A stretch of 64,000 bases of DNA from Candidatus Anaerotignum merdipullorum. Its GTDB lineage: Bacteria; Bacillota; Clostridia; Lachnospirales; Anaerotignaceae. The translations under genes were made by a program, and so were the position numbers. The notes under the pieces are model-generated. The model saw only the letters and a list, made by a program, of their open reading frames with translations, ran no database searches and was not told the origin of the DNA. Positions within the stretch are counted from its first letter, which is position 1, and every line of letters begins with the position of its first letter. Location: the NCBI GenBank assembly GCA_019115165.1, contig DXEB01000011.1, positions 655-64,654 of the forward strand. Direction: 5' to 3'. Shown piece by piece: positions 1-10,033 of this stretch.

Positions 1-1
1 T

Positions 2-613
2 CCTGCGCAGTTCCTGTGGGCTGGTATCGGTGATGGCATGAGTAAAGAAATCGAAGTAAAATTCTCTGCTAGAGGCAAAGAAGATGAACTGACACTGTCT
101 GAACAGGCCGGCGTTGCATTGAGTGGTTGCTGCACAGAACCCCTGCTGAAATACGGTATTCAGGCAATGGAAGACTGTGAAAACAATCGCCCTTCCAAAG
201 CCATTGAAATGGTTGCTTTGGATATCTTCATCAACACAGGTATGGTTTCCAACATGGTGGACTCTCATAAATACAACACGAACCTGGCGCATGCATTGTT
301 CAACAGTATGACTATCCTGCCTCAGGTAGAAGAAAGACATCGCCATGGCGAAGTGGTTGCTTATGGTACACTGGTTCTGCTGACTCTGGATAAACAGTAT
401 GACCAGCTGGATAGATTCTTTGAATTCTACAAAGGGATGAAGCTGCCTACCAAATTGGCTGATATTGAAGTATCTGTAGATGAATTGGATCCTGTTCTGG
501 CAGAAACAGTGAAGAAATACGATCTGGATTATACACCTTATGAAATTACTACCGATATGATTAAAGCTGCTATTTTGGAGCTGGAAGAATACAATCAGAA
601 AAAAGAAGCATAA
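2..613 (+). CDS. Glycerol dehydrogenase-like (iron-containing alcohol dehydrogenase family), 5'-truncated by window edge
   Basis: Frame is open from base 2 (PAQFLWAGIGDGMSK); metal-ligand motifs LAHALFN and RHGEVVAYG. Confidence 0.8.
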   Translation, partial: PAQFLWAGIGDGMSKEIEVKFSARGKEDELTLSEQAGVALSGCCTEPLLKYGIQAMEDCENNRPSKAIEMVALDIFINTGMVSNMVDSHKYNTNLAHALFNSMTILPQVEERHRHGEVVAYGTLVLLTLDKQYDQLDRFFEFYKGMKLPTKLADIEVSVDELDPVLAETVKKYDLDYTPYEITTDMIKAAILELEEYNQKKEA

Positions 614-638
614 GTCATAGACAAAAGATAACTAAGGT

Positions 639-670
639 AAGGCAGGGGAGCGAGTTTCCCCTGCCTTTTT
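639..670 (+). terminator. Intrinsic terminator
   Basis: aaggcagggga / tcccctgcctt stem followed by a T tract. Confidence 0.85.
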
Positions 671-752
671 CTGATGAAGAGACAAAAATGAGTAAGCGTG
701 CTGAAAAACAGTGGACGCATTATTCGGTGAAAGAAGAAATAAGGAGGGGTTG

Positions 753-1327
753 ATGTAAACAGCTTTTCAGAATGAAGTAAAATCTTCGTCTTCTTTTATG
801 GATCATTCACTGGAACGGATGAAATCAAAACAATGATAATCACAAGATCAGGCGTCAAGCAGAGCAATTTCCCAAATAAAGGGAGAGTTTTTCAGAGCAG
901 GTATTTGTTGTCTGTGAGTGTAGCAAAAGATGTATTCAATGGCATCCAAGGGCTATTCGGAAGGTTATGCCGAGGAATATAAAAAAACCAGAGAAAATGC
1001 CATGGCAGATTTGATTGAACAAGCAGAAGCATTACAAGGCGATGCCATTGTCAATTTATCCGTTGCGTATGACCAATTTGTGAACGCTGATATGCTTTGC
1101 GTGGTGGTTACGGCATATGGAACGGTGGTCGCGCTGCAGGAAAAGCAAATGATTTGGATGCGTTTTCACAAATGGTATATCATCAAACAAAGAAAAGCGG
1201 ATGGGATAGAGAAGCTGTTGCTGAAACAGGAGGAAGACCAACACTGTTCTTAAACAGCAAAAAAGCGACAGCGATGGTTGAAACGAAATGGAAATATCTG
1301 CTCAAGGAGAGTATAAAAAAGATATGA
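753..1327 (+). pseudogene. Degraded YbjQ/UPF0145 (heavy-metal-binding-like) gene
   Basis: AAGGAGG RBS followed by ATG TAA at 753-758. MIIT...KDVFNGIQGLFG (833-961) is in one frame and YSEGYAEEYKKTRENAMADLIEQAEALQGDAIVNL...VTAYGTVV is in another. Confidence 0.65.
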
Positions 1328-1364
1328 TGCGGTGAATTTTCCGTTGGAAAACAGAGGTTTTCTC

Positions 1365-1393
1365 TTGACAGAATGTGACAGAACTTCTATACT
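1365..1393 (+). promoter_or_regulatory. Sigma-A promoter
   Basis: TTGACA-N17-TATACT. Confidence 0.75.
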
Positions 1394-1439
1394 GTCTTAT
1401 ACATTTTCAGAGATAGGTTTGTGCAAAGGAGGTGGAATG

Positions 1440-2810
1440 ATGCCGAAAATTGGGATGCGTATGGTAAAAACAGCGATCGCAGTCGCCATTTGTTTGGCGA
1501 TTTATCAACTGCGGGGAGAACAGGGTGTTCCAGTGTTTTCTACCATTGCAGCTTTGATTTGTATGCAGCCACAGGTGGAAAATAGCGTAACGGTGGCGTT
1601 TAACCGTATCGTTGGCACATTGATTGGTGCGGCGATGGGGCTTTTGGTGCTGTATCTTCTGCAATGGATTCCAGAGGCATATGATTGGATGTCCGGCTTA
1701 GTCATTTCCTTAGCAATGATCCCAACGTTGTATTTGACAGTTGTATTGAAAAAAACCGGAGCAGCAGCCATGGCCGGTGTTGTACTGCTGAGTGTTACAT
1801 TGGCGGAAAGTATGTATGGTCCGGTGATTGACGCATTGAACCGTTCTTTTGAAACTATTGTTGGAATTGTGGTATCGTTGGTGGTTAATGTAGTACATTT
1901 ACCAAGACAGCGTAGAGAAGAGTTTTTCTTTGTAACTGGATTTGACGGTGCATTGTACCATGAGAAAAATCATATGAGCCCATACAGTGTATTTGAGTTG
2001 AACCAAATGTTAAACGACGGCATAAAATTCACCATTGCCACGGAACGTACGCCAGCTTCTCTGATGTCGGAATTAGGAGATTTGCATCTGAAGCTGCCCG
2101 TGATCGCTATGGATGGTGCGGTATTATATGACTTAAACGAAAAACGTTATCTTGCTTGCAATGGATTGTCTAAGGAAATGACGCAGCGTATCTGTGATTT
2201 GCTGCGGAAAAAAGAGTTGCATTATTTTCTGAACGTGGTGCTGCAGGATGTACTGCTGATTTATTATCATGAATTTCGCAATGAAGAAGAACAGAAGCTG
2301 TATGAACGGGCAAGGTCATCCCCATACCGGAATTATGTATATGGGGATGTGCCGGAAGAAGGTATTCCGGTGTATTTTCTGTTGGTTGTGAAAAAGGAAG
2401 ATGCCGACGCGGCACAGCAGGAAATTCAACAACTGGAAGGTGCAGAAGAACTGCTTTTTTTGCGGGATACTTCAGAAACACCGGAAGGCTACTGCCATTT
2501 GAAGATTTATCATAAAAATGCAACAAAGGAATATATGGTGCGCCGATTGTTAGAAAATGTAACCGGTATGGGCAATCGAAAAGTAGTGGCATTCGGCAGC
2601 AACAAAAACGATGTATCTCTGATGCAGTGGGCGGACCTGTCTTATGCAACAGCGGAGGCAAGTGCTGATGTAAAAGCGGCAGCAGATTATCAACTGCGAG
2701 GAAAAGGCGGGGACAGTATTGTCAGAACCATCTTACATTTATATGAACCGTTGTTATGGGAAAAGGTTCCGGTCAGACGCAGAGTGGAGAGAGGAGAATC
2801 GGATCAATGA
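1440..2810 (+). CDS. FUSC/aromatic-acid-exporter-like membrane domain fused to a Cof-type HAD-like domain
   Basis: N-terminal IGMRMVKTAIAV...NRIVGTLIGA hydrophobic domain; C-terminal FTIATERT, VIAMDGA, NATK, AFGSNKND; AGGAGGT RBS (alternative start 1437). Confidence 0.75.
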   Translation: MPKIGMRMVKTAIAVAICLAIYQLRGEQGVPVFSTIAALICMQPQVENSVTVAFNRIVGTLIGAAMGLLVLYLLQWIPEAYDWMSGLVISLAMIPTLYLTVVLKKTGAAAMAGVVLLSVTLAESMYGPVIDALNRSFETIVGIVVSLVVNVVHLPRQRREEFFFVTGFDGALYHEKNHMSPYSVFELNQMLNDGIKFTIATERTPASLMSELGDLHLKLPVIAMDGAVLYDLNEKRYLACNGLSKEMTQRICDLLRKKELHYFLNVVLQDVLLIYYHEFRNEEEQKLYERARSSPYRNYVYGDVPEEGIPVYFLLVVKKEDADAAQQEIQQLEGAEELLFLRDTSETPEGYCHLKIYHKNATKEYMVRRLLENVTGMGNRKVVAFGSNKNDVSLMQWADLSYATAEASADVKAAADYQLRGKGGDSIVRTILHLYEPLLWEKVPVRRRVERGESDQ

Positions 2811-3517
2811 GCGAAACACAGACAATGTTTGCCCGGGCAGAAAAGATATTGGGCGTCGAGGCGATGATGCGGCTGCACCATGCGCGTGTGGCACTGTTTG
2901 GATTAGGTGGAGTAGGCTCCTTTGCTGCGGAAGCGCTGGCACGAGGCGGCATTGGACATTTGACGCTGGTAGACGGCGATACGGTTAGCTTGACCAATCT
3001 CAACCGCCAATTGATTGCGCTGCATAGTACCATTGGGCGATATAAAACGGAGGTCATGGCGGAGCGGATCAGAGACATTTCGCCAGATACGGAAATTTTG
3101 ACCCATGCAGTGGTATATGGTTGGGATAATCGGACTTTGCTGGACTTTGCGCAATATGATTATATTGTAGACGCGGTGGATATGGTGACGGCGAAATTGC
3201 TGCTGATTGAACAGGCAAAGCAAGCGGGGGTGCCGATTATCAGCTGTATGGGTACCGGCAACAAGCTGGATCCGTCTCGATTTGAAGTGGCGGATATTTC
3301 ACAGACATCGGTGTGTCCTCTGGCAAAGGTGATGCGAAGAGAGTTAAAGCAGAGGGGAATTCGAGATGTGAAAGTGGTTTATTCCACAGAACAGCCAAGA
3401 AAACCAAATGTGCACAAAGCGGATGAGAGAACGCCGGGCAGCCTGTCGTATGTGCCGCCAGTAGCGGGAATGCTGTTGGCAGGAGCTGTCATTCGTCATA
3501 TCGCGCAGGTAGAATAA
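2807..3517 (+). CDS. tcdA: tRNA threonylcarbamoyladenosine dehydratase (ThiF family)
   Basis: GLGGVGS, TNLNRQL, SCMGTGNKLDP, CPLAKVMR; ATGA overlap with upstream stop. Confidence 0.9.
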   Translation: MSETQTMFARAEKILGVEAMMRLHHARVALFGLGGVGSFAAEALARGGIGHLTLVDGDTVSLTNLNRQLIALHSTIGRYKTEVMAERIRDISPDTEILTHAVVYGWDNRTLLDFAQYDYIVDAVDMVTAKLLLIEQAKQAGVPIISCMGTGNKLDPSRFEVADISQTSVCPLAKVMRRELKQRGIRDVKVVYSTEQPRKPNVHKADERTPGSLSYVPPVAGMLLAGAVIRHIAQVE

Positions 3518-3528
3518 AATAGACGAAG

Positions 3529-3555
3529 ACCGATGTGGAGTACATCGGTTTTTTT
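3529..3555 (+). terminator. Intrinsic terminator
   Basis: accgatgt / acatcggt stem plus T tract. Confidence 0.8.
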
Positions 3556-3730
3556 CTGGTGGAAAAAGCAGAAAAGTGGAGGAAATCTTACAAGAAGGAA
3601 GCGAATTTCTTATATTTTTCTGAAACATTGCCATTTCGCTTGAAATGGAAAAATTTTTTCGATACAATAAAGATACCAAACAACCGAATGATACCCAATC
3701 ATATTGCGGCAAAAACAGGAGGGTTTTGAT

Positions 3731-4618
3731 ATGAAAAAAGGATTTGGATGGGTAGCCATCTGTCTGGTGGTATGGACTGCTTTTTGTCTGGCGGGCTGTG
3801 GAACAACGGAAGCGGTTGAAACTGAGGATGTGCAAAATGCGGATGTAGCGGCATTGATCGAAGAGGCAAGGCAAAACTTGGAAGAAGCAGAAAATTATAC
3901 CGGTGCATTGAATGTGGTTTCCCGTATGGAAGATTCTGAGGATAATACGGAAGTTTCCATTGCGTTCTGTCAGGAGCCGCTGCAGATGAAAGTGGAAAGT
4001 GTCAATACATTTGACGGTCAAACCAATACGACTCAGACATACCTGGATGACGATACAGATGAAGGAATCAATATGTACATGAACTATAACGGACAATGGA
4101 CTGAGATGATGTTGACAGAAGAAGCGGCAATGGAAAGCATGCAGATATATGATGTTCGGGAGAATATGAATTTACTGTTGCAGTATGCGACAAATTGGAT
4201 GGAAATCACAAACGAAGGCAGACAGATTACGCTTAGTGCAGTTGTACCGGCAGAGCATGTGTACGATGTTGTAGAAGGCGGGAAATTGCTGTATCAAGCA
4301 GGGATGAGCGGTATGGCAGAGACATATTATGCAGGGGTATCGGATGTACCTGTTACAGTTGTGTTGAAAGAAGCAACCGGTGAACCGGTGTCCTGTTCCA
4401 TGGATCTGGCAAAGACACTGCAAACAGTAACAGATAATGTATTGCGGGAACTGCAAGCTGAAGGAGAAGGATTTTCGGTTCAGGAATATCGCATTACGAT
4501 GGATATTTCTCAGTTAGGCAGCACACAGCCTATTGAAATTCCAACAGAAGCGCATAAAGCAATTAACTATGAACTGGAAATTTCGGATATGCAGCAGACC
4601 CAAAATGCAGATGCATAA
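3731..4618 (+). CDS. Acidic lipoprotein (possibly DUF6612-like)
   Basis: MKK + hydrophobic stretch + lipobox LAGC; AGGAGG RBS. Confidence 0.65.
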   Translation: MKKGFGWVAICLVVWTAFCLAGCGTTEAVETEDVQNADVAALIEEARQNLEEAENYTGALNVVSRMEDSEDNTEVSIAFCQEPLQMKVESVNTFDGQTNTTQTYLDDDTDEGINMYMNYNGQWTEMMLTEEAAMESMQIYDVRENMNLLLQYATNWMEITNEGRQITLSAVVPAEHVYDVVEGGKLLYQAGMSGMAETYYAGVSDVPVTVVLKEATGEPVSCSMDLAKTLQTVTDNVLRELQAEGEGFSVQEYRITMDISQLGSTQPIEIPTEAHKAINYELEISDMQQTQNADA

Positions 4619-4808
4619 CGAATGAAAAAAGGCAGGATAAGCGGACTATGTGGAAAGAGACACATAGCCGTTTTTCTGTATGATTAAATTTTTCGGAAGA
4701 AAATACGATATTTCCATTGATATTGGAAAGTATAGTGCAGACAGATGCGACAGAATGCGGTATAATAAGGAAGATTTGAGAAAAACAGTATAGAAAAGGA
4801 GAAGCAGC

Positions 4809-6437
4809 ATGATTGCAGCACAGGGTGTTAGTTTACAGTATGGTGGACGCGTACTGTTTCAGGATGTGAATATCAATTTTACAAAAGGAAATTGTTATGG
4901 ATTGATTGGTGCCAATGGTGCCGGAAAATCTACATTTTTGAAAATTCTTTCTGGTGAAATAGAGCCCAATAAAGGCTCTGTATTTATTACACCGGGCGAA
5001 CGTATGGCAGTACTCAAGCAAGACCATTTTATGTTCGATGAGTTTGATGTAGTGGAAGCTGTATTATATGGGCATAAACGGCTGTATGACATTATGAAGG
5101 AGAAAGAGGCGTTATATGCCAAAGAAGACTTTACGGATGAAGACGGAATAAAGGTATCGGAATTAGAAGGTGAGTTTGCGGAATTGGATGGATGGTCTGC
5201 GGAATCCAATGCAGAAATTTTGCTCAATGGTTTGGGAGTAACCAATGAATTTCATTATGTGAAGATGAAAGAATTGACTGGTACGCAAAAGGTGAAAGTA
5301 CTGTTGGCGCAGGCGTTATTTGGCAATCCGGATATTTTGCTGCTGGACGAGCCGACCAACCATTTGGATTTACATGCCATTCGCTGGCTGGAAAATTTCT
5401 TGATGGATTTTGAAAATACAGTGATTGTGGTATCCCACGACAGGCATTTTTTAAATAAAATCTGCACCAATATTGCCGATATTGATTATGGGAAAATTAC
5501 GATGTATGTAGGAAACTATGATTTCTGGTACAGCTATACGCAGATGACCCAGCGGCAGCTGAAAGACCAAAATAAGCGGACAGAACAGAAGATCAAGGAG
5601 CTGCAGGAATTTATTCAGCGCTTCAGCGCCAATGCTTCCAAAGCGAAGCAGGCAACCAGCAGGAAGAAGCTGTTGGATAATCTGCAGATGGATACCATCA
5701 AGCCGTCTTCCCGCCGTTATCCGTTCTGTAGTTTTAAGCAGGACAGAGAGGTTGGAAATGATGTATTGCTGGTAGAGGGGCTGTCAAAGACGATTGACGG
5801 CAAGAAGGTGTTGGATGGCGTCAGCTTTATGATTCGTCCCAATGACAAAGTGGCGTTTGTCGGAACAGATGAAATTGCCAGAACGACATTGTTCCGCATT
5901 TTGATGGGTGAGATTGAGCCGGATGAAGGAACATTCAAATGGGGGATTACCACCAAAACAGCATATTTTCCGAAGGATAATTCTGAGTACTTTGATGGCT
6001 GTCAGGATTCTCTGATCGAGTGGCTGCGTCCCTTTGCTAAAGAAGGGGAGCAGTATGATTCAGACATCCGTGGTTGGCTGGGTAGAATGCTCTTTAGCGG
6101 AGAGGAGGCTTTGAAAGAAGCAAGTGTGCTGTCTGGCGGTGAGCGTGTACGTTGTATGCTGTGCAAAATGATGATGAGCGGTGCGAATGTAATGATTCTG
6201 GATGAGCCAACCAACCATTTGGACTTGGAATCCATTACAGCGCTGAATGAAGGGTTGATGGAGTATAAAGGAACACTGCTGTTTGATTCCCATGACCATC
6301 AGTTTACTCAGACGATTGCCAACCGAATCATTGAGATCCTGCCCGGCGGAATCATCGACCGGGAAATGACCTTTGATGAATATATTGAAAATGAGGACAT
6401 TGATGCAATCAGAAAACGTATGTGTGGAGAGGAGTAA
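4809..6437 (+). CDS. ABC-F family ATPase (YbiT/YkpA-like)
   Basis: Two ABC cassettes ([35 protein letters not shown]), no TM segments. Confidence 0.92.
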   Translation: MIAAQGVSLQYGGRVLFQDVNINFTKGNCYGLIGANGAGKSTFLKILSGEIEPNKGSVFITPGERMAVLKQDHFMFDEFDVVEAVLYGHKRLYDIMKEKEALYAKEDFTDEDGIKVSELEGEFAELDGWSAESNAEILLNGLGVTNEFHYVKMKELTGTQKVKVLLAQALFGNPDILLLDEPTNHLDLHAIRWLENFLMDFENTVIVVSHDRHFLNKICTNIADIDYGKITMYVGNYDFWYSYTQMTQRQLKDQNKRTEQKIKELQEFIQRFSANASKAKQATSRKKLLDNLQMDTIKPSSRRYPFCSFKQDREVGNDVLLVEGLSKTIDGKKVLDGVSFMIRPNDKVAFVGTDEIARTTLFRILMGEIEPDEGTFKWGITTKTAYFPKDNSEYFDGCQDSLIEWLRPFAKEGEQYDSDIRGWLGRMLFSGEEALKEASVLSGGERVRCMLCKMMMSGANVMILDEPTNHLDLESITALNEGLMEYKGTLLFDSHDHQFTQTIANRIIEILPGGIIDREMTFDEYIENEDIDAIRKRMCGEE

Positions 6438-6442
6438 GGAGC

Positions 6443-7477
6443 ATGATTAACGGAAAAATTGACTTAAGAAGCGACACAGTAACAGTACCGACTGAACAGA
6501 TGCGGCAGGCGATGTGTACGGCGGTGGTCGGCGATGATGTGTACGGCGACGACGCGACGGTGAATGAGCTGGAAGCGCTGGCGGCGGAAATGATGGGTAA
6601 AGAGGCAGGATTATTCTTGCCAAGCGGCGTGATGAGCAATCAGCTGGCTTTGTTTACCCATGTGAACCGTGGACAGGAAGTGATTTTACCGGATAATTGC
6701 CATATTGTCGCCCATGAAGCAGGCGCTGCGGCGATAATTGCCGGGGCACAGTTGCGTACGGTGCAGAATGTCAATGGAGAAATGCCGCTGGATATCGTGG
6801 AAAAATATATCCGCAAAGACCCTAACGACATCCATCAGCCGACGACGGCATTGATCACTTATGAAAACGCGGATTCGGACGGACAGGTGCGGTCCTTGGA
6901 ATATATGAAAAGGGTACGGGAACTGGCGGATCGATATCATTTGCCGGTGCATTTGGACGGCGCACGGATTTTTAATGCCGCAACGGTACTGGGTGTGGAA
7001 GCCAAAGAGATTGCGCAGTATGCAGATACGATATCTGTCTGCCTCTCCAAAGGGTTATGCGCGCCTGTGGGCTCTGTTCTGGTTGGCAGCAAGGAATTCA
7101 TTGCACAGGCAAGAAGAAAGCGGAAAATCATTGGCGGCGGGATGCGCCAAGTGGGGATTTTGGCGGCAGCAGGCAAAATTGCACTGACAGAAATGTCCAA
7201 ACGTTTGGGAGAGGACCATGCCAATGCGGCATACATGGCGGATGCCCTTAGTACGGTTCAAGGGCTGGAAGTGTATAAAGAACGTCAGCAAATCAATATG
7301 GTATTCTTCCGGTTGAAAGAATATCCGCTGACTTCAGCGGAACTGGTGCGTTATCTGGCGGAGCACAATGTGGTGATCAATGGGGAAGACAACGGTATAA
7401 TGCGTTTTGTTACCCATAAATACGTCAGCAGAGAAGAAATTGATCAAGTGGTAGATTTGATGAAACGGGTTGGTTGA
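6443..7477 (+). CDS. ltaE: Low-specificity L-threonine aldolase
   Basis: [39 protein letters not shown]. Confidence 0.93.
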   Translation: MINGKIDLRSDTVTVPTEQMRQAMCTAVVGDDVYGDDATVNELEALAAEMMGKEAGLFLPSGVMSNQLALFTHVNRGQEVILPDNCHIVAHEAGAAAIIAGAQLRTVQNVNGEMPLDIVEKYIRKDPNDIHQPTTALITYENADSDGQVRSLEYMKRVRELADRYHLPVHLDGARIFNAATVLGVEAKEIAQYADTISVCLSKGLCAPVGSVLVGSKEFIAQARRKRKIIGGGMRQVGILAAAGKIALTEMSKRLGEDHANAAYMADALSTVQGLEVYKERQQINMVFFRLKEYPLTSAELVRYLAEHNVVINGEDNGIMRFVTHKYVSREEIDQVVDLMKRVG

Positions 7478-7483
7478 TATGTT

Positions 7484-7765
7484 ATGGCGAAGATATTTTT
7501 GGTATTGGGTTTCGGATTTGCTGTAGGCTTCTGCGGCATTTTGAAAGAAAAAGGGCTAAGAATCAACGCCAAACTGCAAACATTCTGGCTGATGCTGCTG
7601 ATTTTCTGTATGGGTGTCAGCATTGGCAGAAACAAAGAAATCATTGGTGCTTTGCCGTCTTTGGGCGGTAAGGCACTTTTGTATGCATGTTTGGCGGTAG
7701 TCGGATCGGTTGCGGCAGTTTGGATGTTGGTACGTGTGTGTATGAAAAAGGAGCGGGACCGTTGA
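7484..7765 (+). CDS. LysO/DUF340 family small membrane protein
   Basis: Three hydrophobic helices, LLIFCMGVSIG motif. Confidence 0.7.
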   Translation: MAKIFLVLGFGFAVGFCGILKEKGLRINAKLQTFWLMLLIFCMGVSIGRNKEIIGALPSLGGKALLYACLAVVGSVAAVWMLVRVCMKKERDR

Positions 7766-8349
7766 GTAAATGGATATTATTGATGTTGGTTCTAGGAATC
7801 GGCGCAGGTATGGGAATGCCAGAAGCATTCAGCGGTTTTTTGGATGCGGCATCTTCTTATATGCTGTTGATTCTGTTGTTTTCGGTCGGCGTGGATATCG
7901 GTGCAAATCGAGGGGTGTTTGCACAGATACGGCAGTTAGGGCTGCGGATATTGGTGATCCCTCTAGGGGTAATCTTGGGGTCTTTGGCTGGCGGCGCTCT
8001 GGGCGCGGTGTTGCTGCAAGCCGATGTAACAGAAGGACTTGCCATTGTGTCCGGGTTGGGATGGTACAGTTTGTCCGGCATTTTGATGACGGAAGCGGGA
8101 AATCCCATGGGCGGCGCAATTTCATTCCTATCCAACGTATTTCGAGAAGTCCTGACGTTTTTGACGGTACCTTTTTTGGCGAAAAAACATCCATATGCTG
8201 CCATTGCGCCTGCCGGTGCGACGGCGATGGATACGACGCTGCCGCTACTGAGTCATTATACGGATGGAGAGACAGCAGTTCTGGCATTTGTCAGCGGCGT
8301 TTGCTGCACTTTGGCAATGCCCATGTTGGTGCCATTGTTTTGCAGCTGA
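7762..8349 (+). CDS. Lysine exporter LysO family protein
   Basis: SGLGWYSLSG, SNVFREV, GATAMDTTLP; TTG start overlapping upstream TGA. Confidence 0.85.
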   Translation: MSKWILLMLVLGIGAGMGMPEAFSGFLDAASSYMLLILLFSVGVDIGANRGVFAQIRQLGLRILVIPLGVILGSLAGGALGAVLLQADVTEGLAIVSGLGWYSLSGILMTEAGNPMGGAISFLSNVFREVLTFLTVPFLAKKHPYAAIAPAGATAMDTTLPLLSHYTDGETAVLAFVSGVCCTLAMPMLVPLFCS

Positions 8350-8522
8350 CAGCGGCTTTGGATGACCAAAAGGAAGAAAAGGCTGTTGTACATGGATCTT
8401 TTACGCAGAAAAAAAGGCAGGGAATTGGTGGATTTTATAGAACAGGAAAGGAAGGGAGGCATATTGCGCACATGATATGCAGAAAGTTGCGCCAGAACGT
8501 GCAATAGGAACGGAAAAATGTG

Positions 8523-8551
8523 TTGACAAAGTACCAAATTTGTATTATACT
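8523..8551 (+). promoter_or_regulatory. Sigma-A promoter of tRNA-Leu copy 1
   Basis: TTGACA-N17-TATACT. Confidence 0.85.
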
Positions 8552-8583
8552 AGCTAAGTCGCGAAAAATGACAAATCTCATAT

Positions 8584-8668
8584 GCGGATGTGGCGGAATT
8601 GGCAGACGCGCTAGATTCAGGTTCTAGTGGGCATTGCGCCCGTGCAGGTTCAAGTCCTGTCATCCGCA
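8584..8668 (+). tRNA. tRNA-Leu(CAG) copy 1
   Basis: Acceptor GCGGATG/CATCCGC + A73, anticodon arm CTAGA-TTCAGGT-TCTAG, long variable arm, GGTTCAAGTCC; CCA not encoded. Confidence 0.97.
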
Positions 8669-8717
8669 GTTTGAGTCGGACAATGGTTGCCTATATTGCC
8701 TTGTCTGAACAGGACAA

Positions 8718-8760
8718 CAGAGGGAGTGCTTTGTATAGACAGGGCATTCTCTTTGTTTTT
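8718..8760 (+). terminator. Terminator after tRNA copy 1
   Basis: agagggagtgctttgt / acagggcattctcttt stem with G-U pairs, then a T-rich tail. Confidence 0.65.
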
Positions 8761-8917
8761 ATTGTTTTTATCTGAGCAGACAGTTTTTGTTAGATAGGAG
8801 AGACACAAGAACTTAGGAGTATCCTTTTTCTCAAAACGCCGATACCGGATCGCGCGGGACGAGGCATGATTTTATTGGCTGCAAGAAAGAATCACAGAGT
8901 TGCTTTTTCAAAAAGTG

Positions 8918-8946
8918 TTGACAAATAGAAGAAAATGTAGTATTCT
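8918..8946 (+). promoter_or_regulatory. Sigma-A promoter of tRNA-Leu copy 2
   Basis: TTGACA-N17-TATTCT. Confidence 0.8.
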
Positions 8947-8982
8947 AACAAAGCAAGCTTTGTATTGAATTTTATACAATCT

Positions 8983-9067
8983 GCGGATGTGGCGGAATTG
9001 GCAGACGCGCTAGATTCAGGTTCTAGTGGGCATTGCGCCCGTGCAGGTTCAAGTCCTGTCATCCGCA
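8983..9067 (+). tRNA. tRNA-Leu(CAG) copy 2
   Basis: Identical 85 nt to copy 1. Confidence 0.97.
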
Positions 9068-9140
9068 TCTGTGTTAAGACGATTGCGTAAGCGATGGTCT
9101 TTTTTCTATTTGCAGTAAAAAGGAAATGATTTTGCTGTGG

Positions 9141-9810
9141 ATGGAAAGGAAACAGAAGGCGACTATCCGTGCGCAAAGACAAGGAGAATCGCAAGAAGCA
9201 GAAGCGGTCGGAGCGCAGACTAACATCTGCGGAGCAGAATAGGAACCCTGCATTGGAAGCGAAACGGCATAAACGGAAACAAAGGACTTATGCTGGTGGA
9301 ACGGATGCCTCATGCATGGTATGGCAATGTCATGGCTTTGCTGTTGACTGCGCCGATTGTTGTACTTTCAGGCATTTGTTATGCGTGGCGCAATCCTGTG
9401 GCAGGAAACATCGCGGTATCTGAAAATATATTGGTGTGATTGGCACTGCTTTTTGACTTGATTGTCGTACATGAGGGAATTCGTGGATTATTCTGGAGTT
9501 TCTTTGTACCAAATGATTGGCAGGATATTTCCTTTGGAATGATCTGATGCTGGATTGCATTTGCCGCCGGAATTGAAAAAGTGGCAGTGCCTGTTCGGTG
9601 CGGTAATGCCAACAGGGTACTATTGGGCATACTGCCTGCAATTGCGGCTATTTTGGTGGGGAATGGCATGTTGTTTTTACTGGGAGCGATGATGATTTTG
9701 GGCGGTGGTGGAGATTTGGCGAGACGGTGGAAGCTGTTGACCTACCGCAGCGATGCGCAGGAACAAAAATATTTAGATTGTCCCTATGCGGCAGGATTGG
9801 TAATTTTTGA
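9141..9810 (+). pseudogene. Degraded DUF3267-type membrane zincin peptidase
   Basis: IVVHEGIRGLFW (HExxH second His->Arg at 9482), TGA at 9545, frameshifted ELKKWQCLFGAVMP, then LGILP...GGGGDL...YLDCPYAAGLVIFER. Confidence 0.75.
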
Positions 9811-9840
9811 GCGGCGGATATCATTTTTCAAAAAAAGGTG

Positions 9841-9869
9841 TTGACAAAGAACGGTTTTTATATTATGAT
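9841..9869 (+). promoter_or_regulatory. Sigma-A promoter of tRNA-Leu copy 3
   Basis: TTGACA-N17-TATGAT. Confidence 0.85.
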
Positions 9870-9896
9870 AGTCAAGCAAGTTCAAAACAAGTATCT

Positions 9897-9981
9897 GCGG
9901 ATGTGGCGGAATTGGCAGACGCGCTAGATTCAGGTTCTAGTGGGCATTGCGCCCGTGCAGGTTCAAGTCCTGTCATCCGCA
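9897..9981 (+). tRNA. tRNA-Leu(CAG) copy 3
   Basis: Identical 85 nt to copies 1 and 2. Confidence 0.97.
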
Positions 9982-10030
9982 TACAACAAAAAAAGAGTTG
10001 TCTAAAAGGCAGCTCTTTTTTTGTTGTATG
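9980..10030. terminator. Bidirectional terminator between tRNA copy 3 and the carD-like gene
   Basis: catacaacaaaaaaagagttg / cagctctttttttgttgtatg inverted repeat. Confidence 0.85.
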
Positions 10031-10033
10031 GGA

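Noticed and set aside
1-670. Different codon style in the first gene suggesting foreign origin
   Set aside because: About 200 codons judged by eye; high expression could explain it, and it needs a computed codon-usage comparison.
8584-9981. Three identical repeats as a CRISPR array or the att sites of a live element
   Set aside because: The repeats are complete 85-nt tRNAs with 314- and 829-nt spacers; no cas or integrase genes are present.
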